Positions 1-9,000 of a stretch of DNA of 22,842 nt are shown in pieces. Numbering within the stretch: the first letter of the stretch is position 1; each line of letters begins with the position of its first letter. Both the position numbers and the translations under genes were made by a program. The DNA is taken from contig JBDRUX010000030.1 of the NCBI GenBank assembly GCA_039801565.1, positions 1 through 22,842 of the forward strand, written 5' to 3'. The notes under the pieces are model-generated. The model was not told the origin of the DNA and ran no database searches. It saw nothing but the letters and a program-made list of their open reading frames with translations. The DNA is from a candidate division WOR-3 bacterium (GTDB lineage: Bacteria > Hydrothermota > Tepidihabitantia > Tepidihabitantales > JAOUPE01).

Positions 1-48
1 TCTGTTAGGACCTATTTAAAATTAGGTAGGGGGTGTGAAATTTTTATG

Positions 49-166
49 GGGAATTAACTTCCATAGTTGTTTTGGTATGGGCAAGATTACGGAGTTAATC
101 TTTCCCGACTGGTTGCCTTCGGAGTGGGTTGGAAGGCAGGTTAGGGAGCCAACTCTGATACCGACC
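49..166 (+). repeat. Degenerate 12-bp-periodic non-coding tract (consensus NNNNRGYNRNYT)
   Basis: In-phase units gactggttgcct (107-118), tcggagtgggtt, ggaaggcaggtt, agggagccaact; similar units at 61-72 and 89-100 in shifted phase; same consensus as 22653-22772. Confidence 0.55.
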
Positions 167-223
167 AATTATTTCACCAATCAGTGATTTTTGGGGATGC
201 ATTGAAAAATAGTTCAAACTTGT

Positions 224-1864
224 TCAATTGTGTACTATTTTTATGACCCGAAACTTTTTGGTCTCGGTGCCAAATTGCAAGAAGTAGATTCCGGGATTTA
301 TTCCTTTCAAAGATACTGTTGCCACATCATCATTGCGAGCCGAAGGCGTGATAATCTCTTTTATTACTTTTCCACTAACATCAAAGATTCTAATTTCTTT
401 CACGGACAACGGAACACGGACACGAATCACGGTTTTTGCCGGATTCGGATAAACTTTCAGCATATTGCGAACACAAGAATTTGCGCAGTTTTCTGTTATA
501 TCGCCCGTTGCAGTTAAGCTAATCACCGTGATATCATAACCACTATTTATTCCGCTTGAACGACCGGTCGCATAAATATGACCATCCAAACCATAAGTAA
601 CATCCCAGGCTTCATCTTCTGAGTTAGCTGGTCCATTATAGAGATATGTCCATCTTTCCGAACCAGTATTAGTTAGACTGATTACCGCAAAGTCAGTAAC
701 CCCAGTTGATTGCCAAGTATAACCCGCAACATAGATATTATTATCCGCTCCATAAACTAAAGAAAATGCCTCATCCCAATCGTTCACAGGACCGCTACAC
801 CGATAAGCCCAACGTTCATTACCCGTGTTCGTAATACTTATCACCACAATATCATAATCTCCACTGAGAAGACCTTCGCTCCTTCCGGCAACATAAATAT
901 TATTATCCGCTCCATAAACAATCGAATAAGGCATATCATGACCATTGCCAATACCGTCGTAAGTATAAACCCAGTTGCGAGTGCCGTTAGTGTCAAAACT
1001 CATTACCACTAAATTAGCATAACCATTTGCATCTGTAATCCAGCCACTGACATAGACATTGCCATCTAAGCCATAAGTAATTGCGGTAGCTTCGTCACCA
1101 CCATCAATAGGACTATTATAACTACAAAACCATCTTAGGTATCCGGAATCGGCGGTAAGACTCACAACTGCAAAATCACGATTAGTTATGTTGTTCATAA
1201 CAAAGCCGCAAGCATAAATATTATTATCTTGACCAAAGAGCACATCCGTTGCCTCATCCCAATTATGAGCAGTACCATCCATAGTGTATCGCCATTTTCG
1301 AATTCCGTTGTCAGCCGAAAGACTAATTACTGTGAAATCAAGATTTTGAACATCTTCTGAGGTATAACCAACCGCATAAATATTGCTATCCGGAGCGTAA
1401 ACTAATGAGTTGGCTATACCATTCTTGTCAGTTGATGTATCGGCATATAGCCAGCGTTCGGTACCGGAATCGGTTAAACTGATAACCGCAAAATTACCAT
1501 AAAAGGCACATCCTGAGGTATAGATATTTCCATCCAAACCATAAACAATATCAACGCCATAATCTAACTGATCGGGTACGTTACCGTATAGATAAACCCA
1601 ACGCATATTACCCGAATTCGTCAAGCTGATTACCGTATAATCTACCCCGGTGCTTGAACCTTGACTTCGACCGATTGTGTATAAATTATTATTAGAACCA
1701 TAAGCAATTTTAAGGGCATAATCAGTTCCATTTGTCGGGCTGTTGTAAGAATAGACCCATCTTTGAATTTGACTTATTCCCAGACTAAAAACCACCAGCA
1801 ATAAAATTATTACACTTCCTTTGGGTCTTGCATTGATATTTGGGGAAATTCTTAATTTTTTCAT
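224..1864 (-). CDS. Secreted beta-propeller repeat protein (SBBP-like repeats) with T9SS type A C-terminal sorting domain
   Basis: Basic then hydrophobic N-terminus; about eight ~52-aa repeats (W.Y.Y.G....D.A..(L/I)VYG.D.NIY..G); C-terminal VYPNP...IFDVSGK...GIYFL motif. Confidence 0.8.
   Translation of the reverse strand: MKKLRISPNINARPKGSVIILLLVVFSLGISQIQRWVYSYNSPTNGTDYALKIAYGSNNNLYTIGRSQGSSTGVDYTVISLTNSGNMRWVYLYGNVPDQLDYGVDIVYGLDGNIYTSGCAFYGNFAVISLTDSGTERWLYADTSTDKNGIANSLVYAPDSNIYAVGYTSEDVQNLDFTVISLSADNGIRKWRYTMDGTAHNWDEATDVLFGQDNNIYACGFVMNNITNRDFAVVSLTADSGYLRWFCSYNSPIDGGDEATAITYGLDGNVYVSGWITDANGYANLVVMSFDTNGTRNWVYTYDGIGNGHDMPYSIVYGADNNIYVAGRSEGLLSGDYDIVVISITNTGNERWAYRCSGPVNDWDEAFSLVYGADNNIYVAGYTWQSTGVTDFAVISLTNTGSERWTYLYNGPANSEDEAWDVTYGLDGHIYATGRSSGINSGYDITVISLTATGDITENCANSCVRNMLKVYPNPAKTVIRVRVPLSVKEIRIFDVSGKVIKEIITPSARNDDVATVSLKGINPGIYFLQFGTETKKFRVIKIVHN
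330..358. repeat. Short palindromic element relic in frame in the CTD (encodes EIITPSARND)
   Basis: tcattgcgagccgaaggcgtgataatctc with central gcc-gaa-ggc hairpin; resembles the GTCATTGCGAG...GCAATCTC palindromic repeat type (recognised from memory). Confidence 0.5.
401..432 (+). repeat. Degenerate CACGGA tandem repeats inside the CTD (encode VIRVRVPLSV)
   Basis: cacgga caacgga acacgga cacgaa tcacgg. Confidence 0.5.
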
Positions 1865-1870
1865 TTTGGC

Positions 1871-1898
1871 ATTATAATCATTTAAGTCACTTTGTCAA
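1871..1898 (-). promoter_or_regulatory. Sigma70-type promoter, probably giving a leaderless mRNA
   Basis: Minus strand TTGACA (1898-1893), 16 nt, TATAAT (1876-1871), 6 nt, ATG at 1864; no Shine-Dalgarno. Confidence 0.65.
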
Positions 1899-1949
1899 TA
1901 GTTTTTGGTTAATTAAGGTATACCACCAAGAAAGACAAATAATCTCTTA

Positions 1950-4241
1950 TTAATAATCTTTTAATTGCCCGGCGAAGACCTGGCCTAAGGCAATGCCACC
2001 GTCATTGGGCGGAACCCTTTGATGCCAATAAGGTCGAAAACCTTCCTCACTTAGACGAATCACTGCCCTTTCGGTCAAATATTTGTTCTGAAAACAACCA
2101 CCAGTCAAAACTACCCGTTTTTCACCAATTCTTTTGGCAACATCAATAATCATCTCAATTAAGGTATTATGAAATTTAGCCGAAATTAAACCTAAGGAGA
2201 CTTTATTCTTAAAATCTTTAAGGATTTCTAAAATCATTGGTTCCCAATCAATTCTTACACACACCTCATCAGTCTTTATCTTATATGGATAATGTTTGTT
2301 AGTCTTAATTTCAGCCAAAGCAAATTCCATCTCCATTGCTGCTTGTCCTTCAAATCTTATCTTTTGCCGAAGTCCAATGATTGAGGCGACCGCATCAAAT
2401 AATCTGCCGACACTCGAAGTAATTGGTGAGTTAATCGTCTGTGCCAGCATCCCTTTAATAATTCTCTTTTCAGAATTGGTGAATGCTTTCAAGGTTGGCA
2501 AATCTTTTAGTTTAAAGGCTTTTTCACCGAAGATTTCATAGAGTATACCAATTCCACATCTTCTTGGTTCTTTGATAGCGATTTCACCACCGGGCAGGCG
2601 AAAGGTTCGTAAATGTGCCACCCGTTCAAATGTCGAATCCTTGACCAATAAGAACTCTCCACCCCAGACCGTGTTATCCAGTCCAAAACCGGTTCCATCC
2701 CAGGCGATGCTTAAAACTTGACCAGTCAATTCATTTTCTGCCATCACCGAAAGCGAATGGGCATAATGATGCTGGATACGAATTATTGGTAAACCAGTGC
2801 TTTCGGCAAATCGGGTTGAGAGATAATCCGGATGCAAATCACAGATAATTTTTTTGGGCTTGAATTCGTAAAGGCTTTCGAAACTATCAATCACCCGCTT
2901 AAAGGCAGCAATCGCTGGACCGTTGTCCAAGTCGCCAATATGTTGCGAAAGAAAGATATCATTACCGATACCAATTGCAATCGTATTTTTCAGATGGGCA
3001 CCGACCGCCAGAATTCTGCTTTCCGCATTCCGCATTCCGTATTCCGCATTCAAATGGATAGGTAGTGGCGCATAGCCACGTGCCCGTCTTAACACCAATT
3101 CTCTGTCCATCACCAGTCGCACAATTGAATCATCAAGATGCCGAGCAATCGGACGATTATGAACTAAGAATAAATCAGCAATTCTCTCAAGACGTTCCAC
3201 CGCTTCATTTTCATCAGTGCAAATCGGTTCGTCGGAAAGGTTGCCGCTGGTTGCAACCACTGGAAAGCCCAGTTCTGCCATTAATAGATGATGTAGTGGC
3301 GTATATGGTAACATAACACCTAAGTTAGGATTATTCGGAGCAACCGATTGGGCAATTTTTGAGGCGCGACGCCTTAAGAGGACAATCGGTGCTTCGGGTG
3401 AAAGGAGTAATCTTACTTCTAACTCTGAGACCAAGCAATCTTTTTTAATCGCTTTTAATGATGGATACATCAAGGCAAAAGGTTTCTCTTCCCGCATCTT
3501 CAGTCGGCGTAATCGTCTTACTGCATTCTCATTGCGTCCATCAACCATTAAATGAAATCCACCCAGCCCCTTAACCGCAACAATCTTACCTTTCCGAATC
3601 GCATCGGCTGTTGCCAGTAAGGCATTGTGATGCAATGCCAGAACCTGCTTTCGCTTATTCCACAATTCAAGATGGGGTCCGCAAACCGGGCAGGCATTGG
3701 GCTGGGCATGAAATCTTCGGTCCAATGGATTTTCATATTCTGACTGACAGGCTTCACACATCTTAAATTTTTTCATTGTGGTATTAACCCGGTCATAAGG
3801 CAGGGCTTCGATAATACTATACCGAGGTCCGCAATTAGTGCAATTGGTAAATGGATACTGATAGCGGCGATTCTTCGGGTCAAAGATTTCTTTGATACAT
3901 TCTGGACAGGTGGCAATATCCGGCAATACCAATGCAACTTTTTTGCCGACTTCTTCACTCGGTCTTATCTCAAACTTCTTATAGCCTACTGGGTCGAGGT
4001 ATAAAGACTCCAAACTTTGAATTGAAGCCCGGGGCGGTTTTTCGTTCTCAATTCTTAAGAGAAATTGCTTCAATTGGTTTTCTTTTCCTTCGACTTCGAT
4101 GAAGACGCCTTGCGGTGAATTATTCACCCAGCCAGAAAGACCAAGTTTGGTAGCGAGCCTGAAGATAAATGGTCGAAACCCAACTCCCTGCACCGCGCCC
4201 CGAATTACAATCTTCAGTCGGACAATTGATTTATTAGTCAT
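1950..4241 (-). CDS. hypF: [NiFe]-hydrogenase maturation carbamoyltransferase HypF
   Basis: Acylphosphatase motif VQGVGFRPF; two Zn fingers (CPEC..CTNC, CEAC..CPVC); KGLGGFHL; DLHPDY; QHHYAH; DGTGFG; PPNDGGIALGQ. Confidence 0.97.
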   Translation of the reverse strand: MTNKSIVRLKIVIRGAVQGVGFRPFIFRLATKLGLSGWVNNSPQGVFIEVEGKENQLKQFLLRIENEKPPRASIQSLESLYLDPVGYKKFEIRPSEEVGKKVALVLPDIATCPECIKEIFDPKNRRYQYPFTNCTNCGPRYSIIEALPYDRVNTTMKKFKMCEACQSEYENPLDRRFHAQPNACPVCGPHLELWNKRKQVLALHHNALLATADAIRKGKIVAVKGLGGFHLMVDGRNENAVRRLRRLKMREEKPFALMYPSLKAIKKDCLVSELEVRLLLSPEAPIVLLRRRASKIAQSVAPNNPNLGVMLPYTPLHHLLMAELGFPVVATSGNLSDEPICTDENEAVERLERIADLFLVHNRPIARHLDDSIVRLVMDRELVLRRARGYAPLPIHLNAEYGMRNAESRILAVGAHLKNTIAIGIGNDIFLSQHIGDLDNGPAIAAFKRVIDSFESLYEFKPKKIICDLHPDYLSTRFAESTGLPIIRIQHHYAHSLSVMAENELTGQVLSIAWDGTGFGLDNTVWGGEFLLVKDSTFERVAHLRTFRLPGGEIAIKEPRRCGIGILYEIFGEKAFKLKDLPTLKAFTNSEKRIIKGMLAQTINSPITSSVGRLFDAVASIIGLRQKIRFEGQAAMEMEFALAEIKTNKHYPYKIKTDEVCVRIDWEPMILEILKDFKNKVSLGLISAKFHNTLIEMIIDVAKRIGEKRVVLTGGCFQNKYLTERAVIRLSEEGFRPYWHQRVPPNDGGIALGQVFAGQLKDY
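3014..3048 (+). repeat. Five-copy 7-bp tandem repeat (TTCCGCA) inside hypF
   Basis: ttctgct ttccgca ttccgca ttccgta ttccgca; encodes the AEYGMRNAESR segment on the minus strand. Confidence 0.85.
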
Positions 4242-4461
4242 CTTGTCATAAATTCAACACGATTCAGGTCAAATCCCTTTAATAATTAAAGAGAATGGTC
4301 CATTTCGGATTATTCAAGTATCTTAAAAAACTCACCCTTGTCAAGCCAACTTGGAGCGAAATTTTGAAAAGGTGCGAGATTAAATTACAAGGAGAGCAGA
4401 ATAGTTTAATGCAAATTGAACGTAATGAATCCGCTTAGGTAGGTATTATTTACCCTGCTTT

Positions 4462-6615
4462 TTATCGGGTGACAATCAGTTTTTTCGTTAAGGCGAGATT
4501 ACCAGTTTTAATCCGAATAAGGTAAACACCCTGCTGTAGTTTCAGTTCAAGATTTTTTTCGCCTTGCCTTGAAACTGTCTTGATAAGTCTTCCTGTAATG
4601 TCATATACCGAAATCCTATCCCAAACTCCAAGATTGATTACGGTCTTATTAGTCGGATTGGTGATTTTTATTTCATCTTTAAGACCAGAGTCAGTAACTT
4701 CGCTTTGAATATTATCGGTCACTGCCTCTTGTTCATAACTCTCGGTCTGGAAACTACTCAGTTCATCAGTTAGCCAGATTTCTGACATCTTCTTACCTTT
4801 TAGCGCATAAAAGTTATTATGCTCGTCAACCGTTAATTGGGCACCTTTCTTAATCTTCTTTTTACCCGGGAGACCTGGTAGCAACTTCCAGTAACTACCA
4901 TAATACCAGCACTCCTGACTACCGCCTTTTAGGCCTAATACGCCTTTTTCTTCTATATAAGGATTTGCTGCAAGACAAGAACCATCTTTAAACCCTTTGC
5001 CGTATATGTCGGGTAGCCGATGCCAGCTATCACCTGCTATATCGTAAGCCCAGAATTCATTGGCCTTACCGCCTTTAATCGCATAGACATATTCGCCATC
5101 ACAGGCGATAGCCGCGCCTCTGCCCAAGCTTGCTCCCGGGATATCGGGTTTTCTTTGCCACTGGCTAACTTCTTTATCATATTGCCAGAACTCTTTGGTC
5201 TTATTGCCTTTTAGCACATAAAGGCAATTTCCGCCATCTGAGGTTATACAACTGCCTTTTTTAACTAAGGTTTCACCTGGGATATTGGCGAGCTTTAGCC
5301 AGCTATCATTCTCGATATTATAGAACCAGCACTCGTTGCTCTTTTCTTTAATTACTACTAATCCTTCCCAGTCCGAAGTAATCGCACCTTCTTTGATTTC
5401 AACTGGGATTGGTCTCTTTTGATACCAGGAGTCGTTGGGTATATCATAGACCCAAAGTCTTTTATTTGGTCCTTTTTCTAAGGCGAATAGGGATTGGGTT
5501 TCTGGTGGTGATGCCAAAAGCACGCCTTTTTTCGGAATTTCGGGTAAAGTGGTTAACTTTTGCCAGAAACCTAAGGATTCATTACCACCACCATCAACGG
5601 TCTTGAGGAGGAAGGTAATACGGGGCTCGTAGACTTCACAACTAAGATAACCAACTTGCGTTCCTTTGATAAAATAAAGAGAAGAAATGCCCTCACAGTG
5701 TATTGGCAAAGCGAGACGGAAAAAGTTATTACCATTTGTGGTCTTATAAATTTTTCCTTCCGAAAGCGCGACATAGCCAGTATCTATTGTCGTAAAGAAA
5801 ATTCCTGAAATATCACTGCTTTTATAAAGAAGTCTCTCCCAGTTTCTACCACCATCAATGGTTTTAAATAGAGTTCCTTTTAGCCCATCGTAGATAGAGA
5901 TAGATAGATATCCTAAATCACGAGTTAGAAATTGGATGATGCCATCAAACCAATAACCATTGAATGTATAGAGTTGTGACCAATTTAATCCACCATCAGT
6001 TGTTTTCCACAATATGGCTTCTCGGTTCAGTGCAAAACCGACAAGGCTATCGACAAAATAGAGTTCAGTGAATACACCCGGGGACATAAACGAAATCCAA
6101 TTCATACCACCATCAGTGGTCTTATATAGCGAACAACTGCCAGGCACCGTAAGATATCCATAATTAGAGTTAACGAAACAAAGATTAGGACCTGGTTCCG
6201 CCAGGAACCTGTCAGCCGGTGCAAGAAAAATATCGTTCCAATTACTACCACCATCGGTTGTCTTCCAAAGTCTAACCTTAGCTACTGGAGTATCAGGCAG
6301 CCATCCACAAAGGTAGCCGGTGTCATTAAAAAATTGCAGAGAAGTGTAATAGTGAGTATAACCAACTGTATGGCAAAAGGTTTGTGGTGTGACATTTTGA
6401 AAAGTGGAACCGCCATTATTGGTCTTCCAAAGACCGAAATTCCCAACCGAATGTATAGAAATGTAGCCGGTATCTGGAGTAACAAAGAAAATTGCTTCAA
6501 TAGCGGATAGCCGCCCGCTTGGCGGTAGATTCAGAACTGCCCAACTGCCAAACAGATATGAGATAAAGAGGAATAAAGTAAAATAGACACGGATAAATTT
6601 AAAGACACTGAACAT
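4462..6615 (-). CDS. Secreted protein with YCF48/Asp-box propeller, kelch-like propeller and T9SS-type CTD
   Basis: Signal-peptide-like N-terminus; repeated KTTDGG.NW Asp boxes; repeats of Y.(L/I)KG.K..EFW.YD; C-terminal YDITGRL...GVYLI...KKLIVTR. Confidence 0.75.
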   Translation of the reverse strand: MFSVFKFIRVYFTLFLFISYLFGSWAVLNLPPSGRLSAIEAIFFVTPDTGYISIHSVGNFGLWKTNNGGSTFQNVTPQTFCHTVGYTHYYTSLQFFNDTGYLCGWLPDTPVAKVRLWKTTDGGSNWNDIFLAPADRFLAEPGPNLCFVNSNYGYLTVPGSCSLYKTTDGGMNWISFMSPGVFTELYFVDSLVGFALNREAILWKTTDGGLNWSQLYTFNGYWFDGIIQFLTRDLGYLSISIYDGLKGTLFKTIDGGRNWERLLYKSSDISGIFFTTIDTGYVALSEGKIYKTTNGNNFFRLALPIHCEGISSLYFIKGTQVGYLSCEVYEPRITFLLKTVDGGGNESLGFWQKLTTLPEIPKKGVLLASPPETQSLFALEKGPNKRLWVYDIPNDSWYQKRPIPVEIKEGAITSDWEGLVVIKEKSNECWFYNIENDSWLKLANIPGETLVKKGSCITSDGGNCLYVLKGNKTKEFWQYDKEVSQWQRKPDIPGASLGRGAAIACDGEYVYAIKGGKANEFWAYDIAGDSWHRLPDIYGKGFKDGSCLAANPYIEEKGVLGLKGGSQECWYYGSYWKLLPGLPGKKKIKKGAQLTVDEHNNFYALKGKKMSEIWLTDELSSFQTESYEQEAVTDNIQSEVTDSGLKDEIKITNPTNKTVINLGVWDRISVYDITGRLIKTVSRQGEKNLELKLQQGVYLIRIKTGNLALTKKLIVTR

Positions 6616-6627
6616 ATTTTCCCTCCG

Positions 6628-8868
6628 TTAGTTTTTGAAGAGCGTAACCTTTCTCAGAATTTTTGTTTTACCTGCCTGGAAGTTGAGAAAGTATACACCA
6701 TAAGGTAATTCTTGCTCCGAATCGTCCTTACCGTTCCAAATGAAGAGAACTTTGTCGCCTTCGATACGATTAGGCTTTAGAGTTCTAACCATTCGTCCGT
6801 TTATATCATAAATCCGAAAGTTCAAGTTGTCAAGCTTTTTAATTTGTCCTAGCAAAGTTAAAGCGAATGAAATACTAAGGTTTCTGGAGAAGGGATTCGG
6901 TGCTAAGTTGAAATTACTGATTGAAAATCCGAAGTGTTCATCAATCGCGGTTGGAAAAGCAGGGATAACGGTAACATTTTTGTGAGCTTTAGAAGCAGTG
7001 TCAGACTCGATATAAACAATTAAATCACCAGCTGGTGACCATTCAGGGTCGGTTTTTAGTGTGCTATAGTCAGTCAACTGGATTTCTTCACCTCCATGAA
7101 CTGACTTTCTACATATTTGAGTACCAGCCGAATCTGGGTGCGATTTTACATACACGATATTCTCACCCGACGGACTGAATTGAGGTTGTAAATAGTCAAA
7201 TTGGCCATTTGTAAGTAGAATTTCTTCTCCGCCTGATGCGCCCATTTTATAAATCTGATAGAACCCATCTGAATCTTGGGCTACAAATATAATTGTATCA
7301 ACAACCGGTGACCATTGGGGTGTTCCATAATCCACTTCTCGATTAGATAATTTTTCTTCGAGACCGCTCGAAATATCAACCTTGTAAATCTGACCGAGTA
7401 AGCATTCGTCTTTTTGATAAACAACGAAGTTAAGGTCGGAAGAAAATTTGGGGAAGAAATTAGTACCTGCATTAGTCAGGCAGGTCTGCTCACTGCCATC
7501 TCGTCTGATTTTATAGATTTTATGGTATTGGTCAGTGAAGGACCATTTAACATAAGTCACCCAATTACCGTCAGGTGACCAGGAAGGATGAGAACAAATT
7601 CCGTCGTCTAAAATCCGCTTACCCGAACCATCCGATTTCATTAATCCTAATTTATCATCAATGATACAAGCTATATAATCGCTATCCGGTGCCCATTTGG
7701 GTTCGGTAAAATTACTTGAATCAGAAGTTATAGCACTCTCTTCACTCCCATCCGGTCGTCTTTTATATATTTGATAAAAACCTGTATTGTCTATTTTGGA
7801 AAAAATTACCCATTCGCCTGTCCTAGACCAACCAGGGTTTTGAGGGTCTCCATTTTCATCGTCTGTTTCATTAAAATCAGTACTATTGACCATCAATCCT
7901 TTTCCAGGGTTTTCAAAATCAAAACTCGATGGACCATATGCCCAGAATTCATTAGTTCCTTTTCCTCGGATTGCATAAATCGTATCCTTCGTGGGAATGT
8001 AAATTAGTGATGCCCCTTCTTTTATATCGTAGAGCGTGCTATCGCAAAAAGTCCATGTTTCATCATCAACACTATATCGCAAAAATTTTCGTTCATTTTT
8101 TCTAACAAAAGCATAAATCTCGTCGCTATTCTGCTTTTCTGGTTCCGGTCGGTATGCAAGAGCACCACAATTTACTTTTTTCCCTCCTAATATTTCCTCT
8201 ACCAAATCAGACAATCCATCCCAATCGTTAGAAGACAACGAGTAACGACAGAAATCACTACAACTCTCAGCCGAAACTTTCCCACGAAGTGCATAAAGAT
8301 ATCCATCACCGTCTCCATCCCAGCATATTGCAGCACCGCCTTTGACTTTTTCAGGAAGATCTGTCATTGGTATCCAAGTGTCAGCTGGTATTGTATATCT
8401 GTATAAATTTTTTGTGTTTGCTTTGCGAAGTGCAAATATATAACTTGTATCATTTCGGCTAACACAAACCATATCGTTTGGCGAGTTCAATCTTTTAGGA
8501 GGTCGGCGAAGATTTGTAAGAAGAGTTCCTTGGGGTCTTTGAATACCGATAAAGCTGGGGGCGTCAGTGAGTTTTACATTAGAAATAAAAACTTTCTGTG
8601 AAGCATTATCCCATACCATACTGGCTGATTTACTACGAAGTGCACCCGGCAGTTGTAATGCGGAGACCCATTGATTAGTATTTGTTCGGTATCTTTGAAT
8701 GCTACTGGAATTTTTAGGTCCTATCCAAGCATAAATTGTATCTGAACTGACACGAGTCGTCGCAATCCTGTCAGTATTTAATATGGGAGTGTAGGCTTTT
8801 GTCACCCAACCTGCTATTCCTTGGGAAAGGAGTAACAAAGTTATTACGAATATAAAAAATAACCTCAT
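6628..8868 (-). CDS. Secreted protein with kelch-like N-terminal propeller, TolB/PD40-like repeats and T9SS/FlgD-type CTD
   Basis: Start moved from 8976 to ATG 8868 (AAAGGAGG SD, then signal peptide MRLFFIFVITLLLLSQGIA); P.WSPDG-type repeats; PNPF...YDINGRMVRTL...WNGKD...GVYF. Confidence 0.75.
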   Translation of the reverse strand: MRLFFIFVITLLLLSQGIAGWVTKAYTPILNTDRIATTRVSSDTIYAWIGPKNSSSIQRYRTNTNQWVSALQLPGALRSKSASMVWDNASQKVFISNVKLTDAPSFIGIQRPQGTLLTNLRRPPKRLNSPNDMVCVSRNDTSYIFALRKANTKNLYRYTIPADTWIPMTDLPEKVKGGAAICWDGDGDGYLYALRGKVSAESCSDFCRYSLSSNDWDGLSDLVEEILGGKKVNCGALAYRPEPEKQNSDEIYAFVRKNERKFLRYSVDDETWTFCDSTLYDIKEGASLIYIPTKDTIYAIRGKGTNEFWAYGPSSFDFENPGKGLMVNSTDFNETDDENGDPQNPGWSRTGEWVIFSKIDNTGFYQIYKRRPDGSEESAITSDSSNFTEPKWAPDSDYIACIIDDKLGLMKSDGSGKRILDDGICSHPSWSPDGNWVTYVKWSFTDQYHKIYKIRRDGSEQTCLTNAGTNFFPKFSSDLNFVVYQKDECLLGQIYKVDISSGLEEKLSNREVDYGTPQWSPVVDTIIFVAQDSDGFYQIYKMGASGGEEILLTNGQFDYLQPQFSPSGENIVYVKSHPDSAGTQICRKSVHGGEEIQLTDYSTLKTDPEWSPAGDLIVYIESDTASKAHKNVTVIPAFPTAIDEHFGFSISNFNLAPNPFSRNLSISFALTLLGQIKKLDNLNFRIYDINGRMVRTLKPNRIEGDKVLFIWNGKDDSEQELPYGVYFLNFQAGKTKILRKVTLFKN

Positions 8869-8894
8869 TATGCCTCCTTTGGTTTTAACTTTAA

Positions 8895-8915
8895 GGCGGA
8901 TAAATCCGCTCCTAT
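8895..8915 (-). repeat. REP-like short palindrome relic
   Basis: Minus strand ATAGGAGCGGATTTATCCGCC: GTAG-like head plus perfect GCGGAT-2nt-ATCCGC palindrome. Confidence 0.45.
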
Positions 8916-9000
8916 AATAAAAAATTACCTGAATGTTGAGTTGTGAAAAAGTTGAGGTATTTGATTTATTACACATTTTTAATTCTAACTGATTAATAAA

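Noticed and set aside
4317..4344. hypF promoter (minus strand TTGACA-16-GATACT)
   Set aside because: The -10 lacks the conserved first T; plausible but too weak to list as a feature.
8869..8976. N-terminal extension of the 782-aa ORF
   Set aside because: A strong SD and signal peptide begin at 8868; the extension overlaps leader sequence.
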